Shown here: in pieces, positions 1-6,924 of the stretch
Layout: each line of letters starts with the position of its first letter
Numbering within the stretch: the first letter of the stretch is position 1
Origin: an uncultured virus (IMG/VR IMGVR_UViG_3300044675_001378)
Taxonomy: Duplodnaviria > Heunggongvirae > Uroviricota > Caudoviricetes
Direction: 5' to 3' (one strand)
IMG/VR virus record: IMGVR_UViG_3300044675_001378
DNA length: 64,000 nucleotides
Program-made: the position numbers and the translations under genes
Notes under the pieces: model-generated
The model's input: the letters and a program-made list of their open reading frames with translations, nothing else
Database searches by the model: none
Told to the model about the DNA's origin: nothing

Positions 1-55
1 AGTCCGCTACGCTGGATGCGTAGAAGTGGGCGTTATCTGGCATGTTCTCGTTCAT
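1..55 (-). CDS. 5' part of early hypothetical protein (same gene as 63011..63256), truncated by window edge
   Basis: 1..58 identical to 63202..63259; ATG at 55 after GGAGAAGACAA. Confidence 0.75.
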   Translation of the reverse strand, partial: MNENMPDNAHFYASSVAD

Positions 56-58
56 TTG
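1..58. repeat. terminal overlap block 1 (identical to 63202..63259)
   Basis: direct comparison, 58/58 identical, offset 63201. Confidence 0.95.
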
Positions 59-267
59 TCTTCTCCATGTTCCATAGTTAAAGCCAAGCCCCATATGAGA
101 TAGGCGTCTATCACAGTCACCGCCTCTGGGTACAGTTGATAAATCTCCTCCTCGTCACGCCCCATGCACAGCATGAACACAATGTGCTCTACCTGTTTCT
201 CAGGCACATACGCGCAGATGTTTCCATACGCCTTAACAAAGGCTTTAATCTCTTTCACTGTTCTCAT
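52..267 (-). CDS. hypothetical early protein (71 aa, MRTVKEIK...), allele A of variable slot
   Basis: ATG after GGAGAAAGCAA RBS; stop overlaps next ATG (ATGA). Confidence 0.75.
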   Translation of the reverse strand: MRTVKEIKAFVKAYGNICAYVPEKQVEHIVFMLCMGRDEEEIYQLYPEAVTVIDAYLIWGLALTMEHGEDK

Positions 268-494
268 TTGCTTTCTCCTAAGTGTTGCCGCACTGCGGCG
301 TCTATGACATCCCATGTGATGCCGACATTGCAATCGAACGCACGAGCAACAAGCTCAAGCACCATCACGCAGTCATCCTCTGTGAAGTTCTCTGCCCCCT
401 CTATTTCGTTGCACGCAATCACATTGACTACATCTTCTACGCTCCAGTCATCACGCAGAATCCACTTGCTGTTTTCTTGAATCATCTTTGCCAT
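264..494 (-). CDS. hypothetical early protein (76 aa, MAKMIQEN...)
   Basis: AGGAGAAGACAAATG start; conserved in second copy 63537..63767. Confidence 0.8.
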   Translation of the reverse strand: MAKMIQENSKWILRDDWSVEDVVNVIACNEIEGAENFTEDDCVMVLELVARAFDCNVGITWDVIDAAVRQHLGESK

Positions 495-505
495 TTGTCT
501 TCTCC

Positions 506-655
506 TTAGTTGGTTGCGTTTATATCTACAAAACACTCGCTCTCGAATGAGGGGTCTACATCCGCCACTGCGTGGCGCTCCCCGTCCACCCACAAGTACA
601 CCTCGCAGTCAGGTGGCAGGTGCTTTAACTGCTCGATCAGTTCGCTTGTCTTCAT
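506..655 (-). CDS. hypothetical early protein (49 aa, MKTSELIEQLKHLPPDCEV...)
   Basis: not in ORF track; AAGGAGAAAGCAAATG start; conserved copy at 63779..63928. Confidence 0.8.
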   Translation of the reverse strand: MKTSELIEQLKHLPPDCEVYLWVDGERHAVADVDPSFESECFVDINATN

Positions 656-662
656 TTGCTTT

Positions 663-703
663 CTCCTTAAAGTGCGGTCTGAGAACGGCAGACCGCTAAC
701 CGC
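663..703 (-). ncRNA. leader pseudoknot element, copy A
   Basis: GCGG-UUA-GCGGUCUG-CCGUUCU-CAGACCGC-ACUUUAAGGAG. Confidence 0.6.
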
Positions 704-706
704 TTT

Positions 707-1261
707 TTAAACAACTCTCCCATTAGCTTCACAATCGGGGCAATCAGTCCAGACAGGGGACAGTTCCCCATCGAGGTCTATCCCAAAATGTTTGGCACAG
801 GTTTCGCAGCCATGCGTTTCGCTCCAGATAGCCTCGGCTTCCCGTTCAACTTCACTCAATGCGACATAGAAGCGGTTGTTAAATTCTTCTGGCTCTTCGT
901 CCAGTTGCTTGGCTTCGACTTCAATGCTTTCTGTGCATTGGTCTACTCCCTCCACAATGCTCCCGACCATCATTGCGACAATCAGCACGCCTTTTTCGTC
1001 TAAGTCTTTCCAAGTCCCGAGTCGGCGCAATGCGTCACTGTGAACCCACTCGCTGACCAGTTTGTCAAAAGGGAAGTCATTGAACCCATCAGGCTCGATG
1101 GTCTTGTAGTACTCGATCTGCATGCTCAGATACGCTCCGCAATCGGTGTACTTGTACACCTGCCGGTACAACTCAGCGGGACTGTCGGCATCGGGGAACG
1201 CTTCGGCAAAGTACTGGTTGTCGAGTTGATCGACATCGTACTCAGGGGGATGGTCTGTCAT
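707..1261 (-). CDS. acidic hypothetical protein with C-terminal CxxC..CxxC
   Basis: 184-aa ORF, RBS GGAGAAGTGAAATG, CETC/CPDC. Confidence 0.8.
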   Translation of the reverse strand: MTDHPPEYDVDQLDNQYFAEAFPDADSPAELYRQVYKYTDCGAYLSMQIEYYKTIEPDGFNDFPFDKLVSEWVHSDALRRLGTWKDLDEKGVLIVAMMVGSIVEGVDQCTESIEVEAKQLDEEPEEFNNRFYVALSEVEREAEAIWSETHGCETCAKHFGIDLDGELSPVWTDCPDCEANGRVV

Positions 1262-1665
1262 TTCACTTCTCCTTGTGGTGTGTAGCTCATGTCAAGAAAC
1301 CCTGACGCATATTCGCTGTCCTCCAGCCCGTAGCGAAAGCCCACATACTCGTAAGTCCCATCTTCACGCTTGCCACACGCATAGAAGAAACCATCGGCGT
1401 TACCGCTTCGGTAGTAAAACGCACTGCTCGCCCACTGTGCTCGGGTCTGCTCAATCTTTAACTCTCGCCACTGCCGATACCAAATGGGCGCGAACCACTC
1501 ATTGATTTCGTGTCGGGCTTCGTAGTTTTCCCAATCCTCGAACTTGTGCTTGGCTATCCAGTCGGGCACTGTGTTTCTCAGTGCTGTGTGCATCTGTTGG
1601 TCGGTCAGCACTAGGCTGTCGGGCCACTCGCCCATCTGGGCTTCCATTAGTGTGTTGTATCTCAT
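1258..1665 (-). CDS. hypothetical early protein (135 aa, MRYNTL...)
   Basis: AAGGAGAAGACGATG start; coupled to next gene. Confidence 0.8.
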   Translation of the reverse strand: MRYNTLMEAQMGEWPDSLVLTDQQMHTALRNTVPDWIAKHKFEDWENYEARHEINEWFAPIWYRQWRELKIEQTRAQWASSAFYYRSGNADGFFYACGKREDGTYEYVGFRYGLEDSEYASGFLDMSYTPQGEVK

Positions 1666-1671
1666 CGTCTT

Positions 1672-1710
1672 CTCCTTAAAGTGCGGTCTGAGACGGCAGA
1701 CCGCTAACCG
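1672..1710 (-). ncRNA. leader pseudoknot element, copy B
   Basis: CGG-UUA-GCGGUCUG-CCGUCU-CAGACCGC-ACUUUAAGGAG. Confidence 0.6.
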
Positions 1711-1718
1711 GTAAATCT

Positions 1719-1734
1719 GGGGAGAATCCTCCCC
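1719..1734. promoter_or_regulatory. GGGGA-palindrome site 1
   Basis: ggggagaatcctcccc; one of 7 copies. Confidence 0.65.
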
Positions 1735-1751
1735 GAGCCGATAGACACCCG

Positions 1752-2510
1752 TCAGTCTGGCAGGTCGATGCCGTGCCATGTCACCGGCACGAGGTCAGTC
1801 GGGCGCAGTAGTTTGATGGTGTGCATGGCCGCTTGCATCTTGCTGATCTGGATACGCATGTCGTTGATCTCCTGCTGTTTGAAGATGTGCGTGTCGGTCA
1901 ACTTAGCATCGGCAAGCTCCACGGCCATGCGGCGCTCAAGGATGGCCAGCTCCTTGTCGGTGCGCTCAATGAGGCGGCGCTTATGTATGGCGTGCTGTGT
2001 CGTAGGCCATCGGCGCTCGAACGGGGTCTTTTGCCTCACGCCCTTGATGTAGGGTATCTGGGCGAAGTACTCCTTGATGAGCGCTATCTTCTTGGGCGGC
2101 ATCCAGTCCGTCCAGTGCTCGCCTTTGTTGGGGACATTTGTCCCCGCCGCCAGTTTGGTGGGCGTTTCCTCTGAGGTGTTGGCCTTGAGTACGAGCCGCC
2201 CGATGATGGCGTCAAGCACCATGAGATAAGCCTCCAGTGCAAGGGTGCGTTCGGGGCTGTTATTGGCTAAATCTAAACTCAACATCCTCTGCACGATGCG
2301 GCGTTCGGCCTTGGCAGGGGCTATGAGGTCGCCCCAAAGTCGCTTGTGTTGCGTATCTCGGGCGAGATGTGCGAACTTCTTGTGCCTCTCGGACATCACC
2401 TGAGATATGAGTTCTTCAGCATATCCCAGCGGTAGCTTACGCTTGGCGAGGGTTTTGCGTAAGGTGCTTTCGCTCATACGCAGGTAGGATTTGGGAAAAT
2501 CCATAGTCAT
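1752..2510 (-). CDS. hypothetical basic helical protein (252 aa) next to origin candidate
   Basis: long ORF, AAGGAG RBS. Confidence 0.8.
   Translation of the reverse strand: MTMDFPKSYLRMSESTLRKTLAKRKLPLGYAEELISQVMSERHKKFAHLARDTQHKRLWGDLIAPAKAERRIVQRMLSLDLANNSPERTLALEAYLMVLDAIIGRLVLKANTSEETPTKLAAGTNVPNKGEHWTDWMPPKKIALIKEYFAQIPYIKGVRQKTPFERRWPTTQHAIHKRRLIERTDKELAILERRMAVELADAKLTDTHIFKQQEINDMRIQISKMQAAMHTIKLLRPTDLVPVTWHGIDLPD
2130..2145. promoter_or_regulatory. GGGGA-palindrome site 2 (intragenic)
   Basis: ggggacatttgtcccc. Confidence 0.55.
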
Positions 2511-2519
2511 ATCTCCTTT

Positions 2520-2900
2520 TCATACCGAGTTTTGGACAGAGTGGGAATTGTATCGCATGTTGTGCTAAGCGTCTGGACACCCCGCAGGCCGCATGGATAA
2601 AGGCATTGGACAGAAAGTGTCCAGCTCACTATCTAACAAACAACTAGCCATAGCCAAAGCCTTTAAGTAAAAACAAAAGCCCGAGCAAACGCATATACAC
2701 ACTCTCTAATATATATTATATATAAAGATTTAGATAGAGGGTGCGGACACTTACCCCCCAGAACCTAGCATCCATGCGGGTTGCGGCTGTACTGGGTGCT
2801 TAGCACAAAGTGCGATAAGAAGGGACGGTCTGGACACTTAGTCTTATCTCAATTTTGTACGAGTCTTATCTCAAATCCGTACCGAGTCTTATCGCACCCT
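2520..2900. other. candidate replication origin (nested inverted repeats, AT-rich core, 3 iteron-like repeats)
   Basis: non-coding; AT tract 2707-2729; AGTCTTATC(T/G)CA at 2840, 2862, 2885. Confidence 0.5.
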
Positions 2901-2909
2901 GTTGTCTGC

Positions 2910-2925
2910 GGGGAGAAATCTCCCC
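2910..2925. promoter_or_regulatory. GGGGA-palindrome site 3
   Basis: ggggagaaatctcccc. Confidence 0.65.
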
Positions 2926-2929
2926 AAGA

Positions 2930-3142
2930 TCAGAAAAGTGCCTGCTGTACTGGCGCCATGTTGCGCTCAAGCCAACGCTCGAAGCTGGCCTCACAGGTAA
3001 AGGAGATGCCGCAGGTCGGTCTGCCCACGGGGACAGCCGAGGTGATCTTGAAGTCACGCCTGTCTGTGGGGTAGTAGTCGAATAGATCGTAGTCGCCGCA
3101 GGGCAGAGACAAGACGCCGACATGTTTGATGTGCTGTTTCAT
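2930..3142 (-). CDS. hypothetical early protein (70 aa)
   Basis: AAGGAG RBS directly after pseudoknot copy C. Confidence 0.75.
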   Translation of the reverse strand: MKQHIKHVGVLSLPCGDYDLFDYYPTDRRDFKITSAVPVGRPTCGISFTCEASFERWLERNMAPVQQALF

Positions 3143-3148
3143 TTTTAA

Positions 3149-3188
3149 CTCCTTGAAGCGCAGTCTGAGAACGGCAGACTGCTAACCG
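3149..3188 (-). ncRNA. leader pseudoknot element, copy C
   Basis: CGG-UUA-GCAGUCUG-CCGUUCU-CAGACUGC-GCUUCAAGGAG (compensatory change in stem). Confidence 0.6.
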
Positions 3189-3195
3189 GATTCTT

Positions 3196-3211
3196 GGGGA
3201 GGTTTCTCCCC
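3196..3211. promoter_or_regulatory. GGGGA-palindrome site 4
   Basis: ggggaggtttctcccc. Confidence 0.65.
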
Positions 3212-3214
3212 GAC

Positions 3215-3553
3215 TCAGTAGTTGTAGCTGACACGGACGCGCACTGCGTATTCACGGGGGCTGACACGCTTGACGCTCGCCTGATGGGTAGCGCATCCAC
3301 AGCAGTCGTACTCGTGACGGCATCCACTGCCGCCGAGACTCTGCCCGATGGCACGAGTCAGGTCTTTGCCCTTGAGCGCCGAGGGTGCGACCACTCGGTA
3401 GCGGTATGATCCGCCATCGTCATAGCCCTCGCCCTCGGTCTGGCGGGTAACGCCTAGCACTTTGACAGTGCCGGTGAATTCCTCGGTGTCGAGGTGTCGC
3501 CATCCGTCCGCATAGCGGTTGGTCAGGCGGGTAAACAGGTTGGCTTTGTACAT
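3215..3553 (-). CDS. hypothetical protein with CxHxxDCCGC motif
   Basis: 112-aa ORF in early array. Confidence 0.75.
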   Translation of the reverse strand: MYKANLFTRLTNRYADGWRHLDTEEFTGTVKVLGVTRQTEGEGYDDGGSYRYRVVAPSALKGKDLTRAIGQSLGGSGCRHEYDCCGCATHQASVKRVSPREYAVRVRVSYNY

Positions 3554-3562
3554 GGCTTGCTT

Positions 3563-3703
3563 TCAGAATTCGTTGGTGAGGATGGTTGCTACGGCTTGGG
3601 CGTCTCTGGCTTTGAGCGCTTCGACAATTGCAGGGTTTTCAAGCGCAAGGCTCGGGTCTACGCAGTGCTCAAGGCACAAGGTGAGGAATTCGTTTTGGGT
3701 CAT
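3563..3703 (-). CDS. hypothetical early protein (46 aa, MTQNEFL...)
   Basis: GGAG RBS; fills gap in array. Confidence 0.7.
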   Translation of the reverse strand: MTQNEFLTLCLEHCVDPSLALENPAIVEALKARDAQAVATILTNEF

Positions 3704-3799
3704 AGTCATATCTCCAATAAAAATGCCGCACGATGGCGGCGATTGACACGAAAAGAAACACCGGCCAAGCCTCCCGCTTGTACCGGTTGACAGAAACTC

Positions 3800-3815
3800 G
3801 GGGAGATTTCTCCCC
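3800..3815. promoter_or_regulatory. GGGGA-palindrome site 5
   Basis: ggggagatttctcccc. Confidence 0.65.
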
Positions 3816-3819
3816 AGAA

Positions 3820-4251
3820 TCACTTGGCGAATGCAGTAGCCATAGCCTTTGAAGCCAAGGACTTAGCGTTCTTGTACGCATTGGCCAGCTTAGCCAACTC
3901 TTTCGCCGCTTTCAGCAACTCGGCAGGGATTTCCTCCTCCTCTTTGAGGTTGCTTCCCTCTGCCCGAACGATGTGGTACGCAAACTTCTTGCCTGCCGCA
4001 TTGACGGCCTTTTCATCCTTGGCGTTTCTCTCTGCCCGTGTCAGCGCCACGATCTTGGCCGCTTTCTCAGGTGTCGTCTTCAGGTTGCCCTGTACATACG
4101 ATGTCACGAAGTCCGTCCGCATGGCCGCTTGCCCCTCTGCATCCGCCTTGTGATACGCCTTGTGAAAGGGCAGGGATGCCTCAAGGGTGAGGCGATCAGC
4201 GTTGCCGAGGCCGAGTGCAAACTGCGAGAGGTTGAGTGTGATTGTTGACAT
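3820..4251 (-). CDS. first early gene, Ala/Lys-rich hypothetical protein
   Basis: 143-aa ORF, AAGGA RBS. Confidence 0.8.
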   Translation of the reverse strand: MSTITLNLSQFALGLGNADRLTLEASLPFHKAYHKADAEGQAAMRTDFVTSYVQGNLKTTPEKAAKIVALTRAERNAKDEKAVNAAGKKFAYHIVRAEGSNLKEEEEIPAELLKAAKELAKLANAYKNAKSLASKAMATAFAK

Positions 4252-4272
4252 TTGAAAAGTCCTTCTGAAGGT

Positions 4273-4288
4273 GGGGAGGTTTCTCCCC
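4273..4288. promoter_or_regulatory. GGGGA-palindrome site 6 (leader of first early gene)
   Basis: ggggaggtttctcccc. Confidence 0.65.
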
Positions 4289-4298
4289 GTGGGTTGAT

Positions 4299-4333
4299 GC
4301 GGTTAAGTTCCCCTAACCGCTAACTCTATTGTA
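4299..4333 (-). promoter_or_regulatory. candidate early promoter -10 (TACAAT) followed by 5' hairpin GCGGTTA/TAACCGC
   Basis: TACAAT at 4328-4333 (- strand); no clear -35. Confidence 0.4.
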
Positions 4334-4562
4334 CTATGAGGGGTAGCACCGAAGCACTCACAGGGGAGAAACGGCTACCTGTCAACCCCACCCACCCCCC
4401 ACCAAGCCTGCTACAGAGCGGGGTAGCTGTGCCACATGAACACTATTCCCCTCCGATAATCCCCATTTTTGTCAAACGGCACAAAATCAAAACAAGCGCT
4501 AAAGTTTACAGTTACCCCAAACACTCACCCCCACAAAATTTTGCAAAAATTCCATGAAACTA

Positions 4563-4578
4563 TGTCTAATGTTAGACA
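4563..4578. promoter_or_regulatory. TGTCYA-N4-TRGACA palindrome site 1
   Basis: tgtctaatgttagaca; copies at 48538 and 58581. Confidence 0.6.
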
Positions 4579-4587
4579 TACACAGAC

Positions 4588-4612
4588 AAAAAAATGCCCG
4601 GACAAGCCGGGC
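4588..4612 (-). terminator. intrinsic terminator (- strand)
   Basis: GCCCGG-cttgt-CCGGGC followed by ATTTTTTT on - strand. Confidence 0.55.
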
Positions 4613-4719
4613 TAAGATGTATTTGCGTACATCAAGGAGAAGCAATGACTACGAAAACGCAGACACCACTCAAAAAGTAGTGTATATTAAAGGCTCCGAG
4701 TCCGCAAGGTACTACGCGC

Positions 4720-5382
4720 ATGTTGGATCACTTGTTAGATTTTGAGCCGCCAGTGGTTGAGGCCACCGGCAAGGACGTGTCCGGGTTGGACAGGGCAACG
4801 CCCGACCAAATACTCAACGCACAGGTCAATACGACCAAATGGCTGGAAAAACTTGGCGTCGAAGACGACCAAAAGATTCTGCAAGAGGCCGAAGCCAAGG
4901 CAGCACGCACAGTTTTCGCAACGCTGGCCAACAATGCGACCCCCGCCGAGACCAAAAACCAGTTGACGCTGCTCAAAACGCCGGAGTCCGTCAGGCATCT
5001 GGTGACGCTGCTGTCTGCATACGACTGGGAGTTTGTGGAGCAGGCCAAGCAGATGCGCGGCATGGCGGTCGCCAAGATTATTGAGGAAACCAACCACCCC
5101 GACGCCCGGATCAGGCTTAAAGCCATTGAGATGCTTGGGCGCGTGACGGAAGTAGCACTGTTCACGGACAGGTTGGAGGTCAAGAAGACTGATCTGACGG
5201 ACGCCGAGATCGACCAGAAGCTCCAAGACAAGCTCGACAAGCTGCTCAACGTCATAGATGTGGACATCACCGTTGGCGAAACCACGGCAGACATCACGGA
5301 CGTGGAACCCAGCACGCTAGATGAGAGTGAGCACTCACTAACATCCGAAGAACCTCCAGCCCCCACCGACGATGAATCTTGA
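4720..5382 (+). CDS. terS: terminase small subunit
   Basis: directly upstream of and overlapping terL; RLKAIEMLG helix typical of TerS. Confidence 0.7.
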   Translation: MLDHLLDFEPPVVEATGKDVSGLDRATPDQILNAQVNTTKWLEKLGVEDDQKILQEAEAKAARTVFATLANNATPAETKNQLTLLKTPESVRHLVTLLSAYDWEFVEQAKQMRGMAVAKIIEETNHPDARIRLKAIEMLGRVTEVALFTDRLEVKKTDLTDAEIDQKLQDKLDKLLNVIDVDITVGETTADITDVEPSTLDESEHSLTSEEPPAPTDDES

Positions 5383-6916
5383 CGCGCTCAATCTGAAACC
5401 GGAAGAGGTCAAGGCCCTACGCGCAGCGTTGCCGACGATGACCAAAGCGGCCAAGCAGGATTTGATGGAGATGCTGGAGGTGTTTGAGGAGCGTGAAAGT
5501 CGTAATGCGCTCCACAACTCGCGCCTTAACATGATTGACTTCGCCAAGAAGGTGTACCCCGGCTTCAAGGTTGGGCCGCACCACAGGAAGCTGGCCAAGA
5601 TTTTTCAGGACGTGATCGACGGCAAAAAGAAGCGCGTCATCATCAACATCGCCCCTCGTATGGGTAAGTCTGAGTTCTCCAGCTACCTGTTCCCGGCGTA
5701 CTTCCTAGGTAATTACCCTAATAAGAAGATCATCATGGGCACGCACACGGCGTCCCTGTCGGAAGACTTTGGCCGCAGGGTCAGGAATTTGCTGGAGGAC
5801 GAGGACTTTAATACCGTGTTCCCGGGCACCAAGTTGGCGCAAGATCAGAAGGCTTCAGGCAAATGGAGCACTGACACAGGGGGACAGTACTACGCAGCCG
5901 GTGTGGGCGGAGCCTTGGCTGGACGGGGTGCTGACCTGTTCCTGATCGACGACCCGCACTCTGAGCAGGACGTTAAAGCCAACAGTCGTCTAGCGTTTGA
6001 CACGGCGTGGTCGTGGTTCCAGACAGGCCCGTTGCAGCGCCTGATGCCCAATGGCGCGATCATTGTGGTGATGACCCGGTGGGGCCCACTGGACCTGACC
6101 GGGCGGCTGATCGACTACCAAGTCAAGAACCCGGACTCCCCGCGCTGGGAGATCGTGGAGCTACCCGCCATACTGCACGAAGGCACGGACCACGAGAAGT
6201 CGCTCTGGCCGGAGCAGTGGCCGCTCGCTTCGCTGCTGTCCGCCAAGTCGTCGATGGACCCGAGGTATTGGAACGCGCAGTACATGCAGCAGCCCACCTC
6301 GGACGTGTCGGCCATCATCAGCAGGAAGAGCTGGAGAATCTGGGAAAAAGACGAGCCGCCCAAGTGCGATTACATTATTCAGAGCTGGGACACGGCCCAC
6401 GAGACCAAAAGCACATCCGACTATTCGGCTTGTACAACTTGGGGAGTTTGGTACAACGACGAAGAAAACAACGCCCCGCAGGTCATCTTGCTGGACGCGT
6501 TCAAGGACAGGATGGCGTTCCCTGAGCTGAAAGCAATTGCGTTCAAACACTGGAAAGAGTGGGAGCCGGACGCGTTTATCGTGGAGAAGAAAGCCGCCGG
6601 TGGGCCTCTGATACAGGAGCTGCGGGCGATGGGCATACCCGTGCAAGAGTTTACGCCGAGCCGAGGAAACGATAAGATGGTGCGGGTCAACGCAATTGCA
6701 GACTTGTTTACCTCCGGCATTATCTGGGCACCGGATACCCGCTGGGCACGCGAAGTCATCGAAGAGGTGGCGGCGTTCCCGGTAGGCGAGAATGACGACT
6801 ATGTGGATACGACCAGTCAGGCGCTGCTGCGCTTCAGGCAAGGTGGATTTATCTCACTGGACTCGGATGAGAAAGACGACAAGATTTACCGTGGGCGCGT
6901 AGCCGCCTACTATTAA
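5372..6916 (+). CDS. terL: terminase large subunit
   Basis: Walker A APRMGKS, Walker B LFLIDDP, VMTRW coupling motif, nuclease SWDTA and NDDYVD. Confidence 0.95.
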   Translation: MNLDALNLKPEEVKALRAALPTMTKAAKQDLMEMLEVFEERESRNALHNSRLNMIDFAKKVYPGFKVGPHHRKLAKIFQDVIDGKKKRVIINIAPRMGKSEFSSYLFPAYFLGNYPNKKIIMGTHTASLSEDFGRRVRNLLEDEDFNTVFPGTKLAQDQKASGKWSTDTGGQYYAAGVGGALAGRGADLFLIDDPHSEQDVKANSRLAFDTAWSWFQTGPLQRLMPNGAIIVVMTRWGPLDLTGRLIDYQVKNPDSPRWEIVELPAILHEGTDHEKSLWPEQWPLASLLSAKSSMDPRYWNAQYMQQPTSDVSAIISRKSWRIWEKDEPPKCDYIIQSWDTAHETKSTSDYSACTTWGVWYNDEENNAPQVILLDAFKDRMAFPELKAIAFKHWKEWEPDAFIVEKKAAGGPLIQELRAMGIPVQEFTPSRGNDKMVRVNAIADLFTSGIIWAPDTRWAREVIEEVAAFPVGENDDYVDTTSQALLRFRQGGFISLDSDEKDDKIYRGRVAAYY

Positions 6917-6924
6917 GGATCAAC

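Larger units (their letters stand above)
263..667. repeat. terminal overlap block 2 (~96% identical to 63536..63940)
   Basis: manual alignment: 405 bp, about 15 substitutions, no indels, offset 63273. Confidence 0.95.

Noticed and set aside
663..4288. CRISPR or mini-CRISPR array from the repeated hairpins and palindromes
   Set aside because: Repeats are separated by whole genes at irregular distances and no cas operon is present.
1719..4288. GGGGA palindromes as intrinsic terminators
   Set aside because: No U-tract on either side, one copy is intragenic and one lies in a 5' leader.
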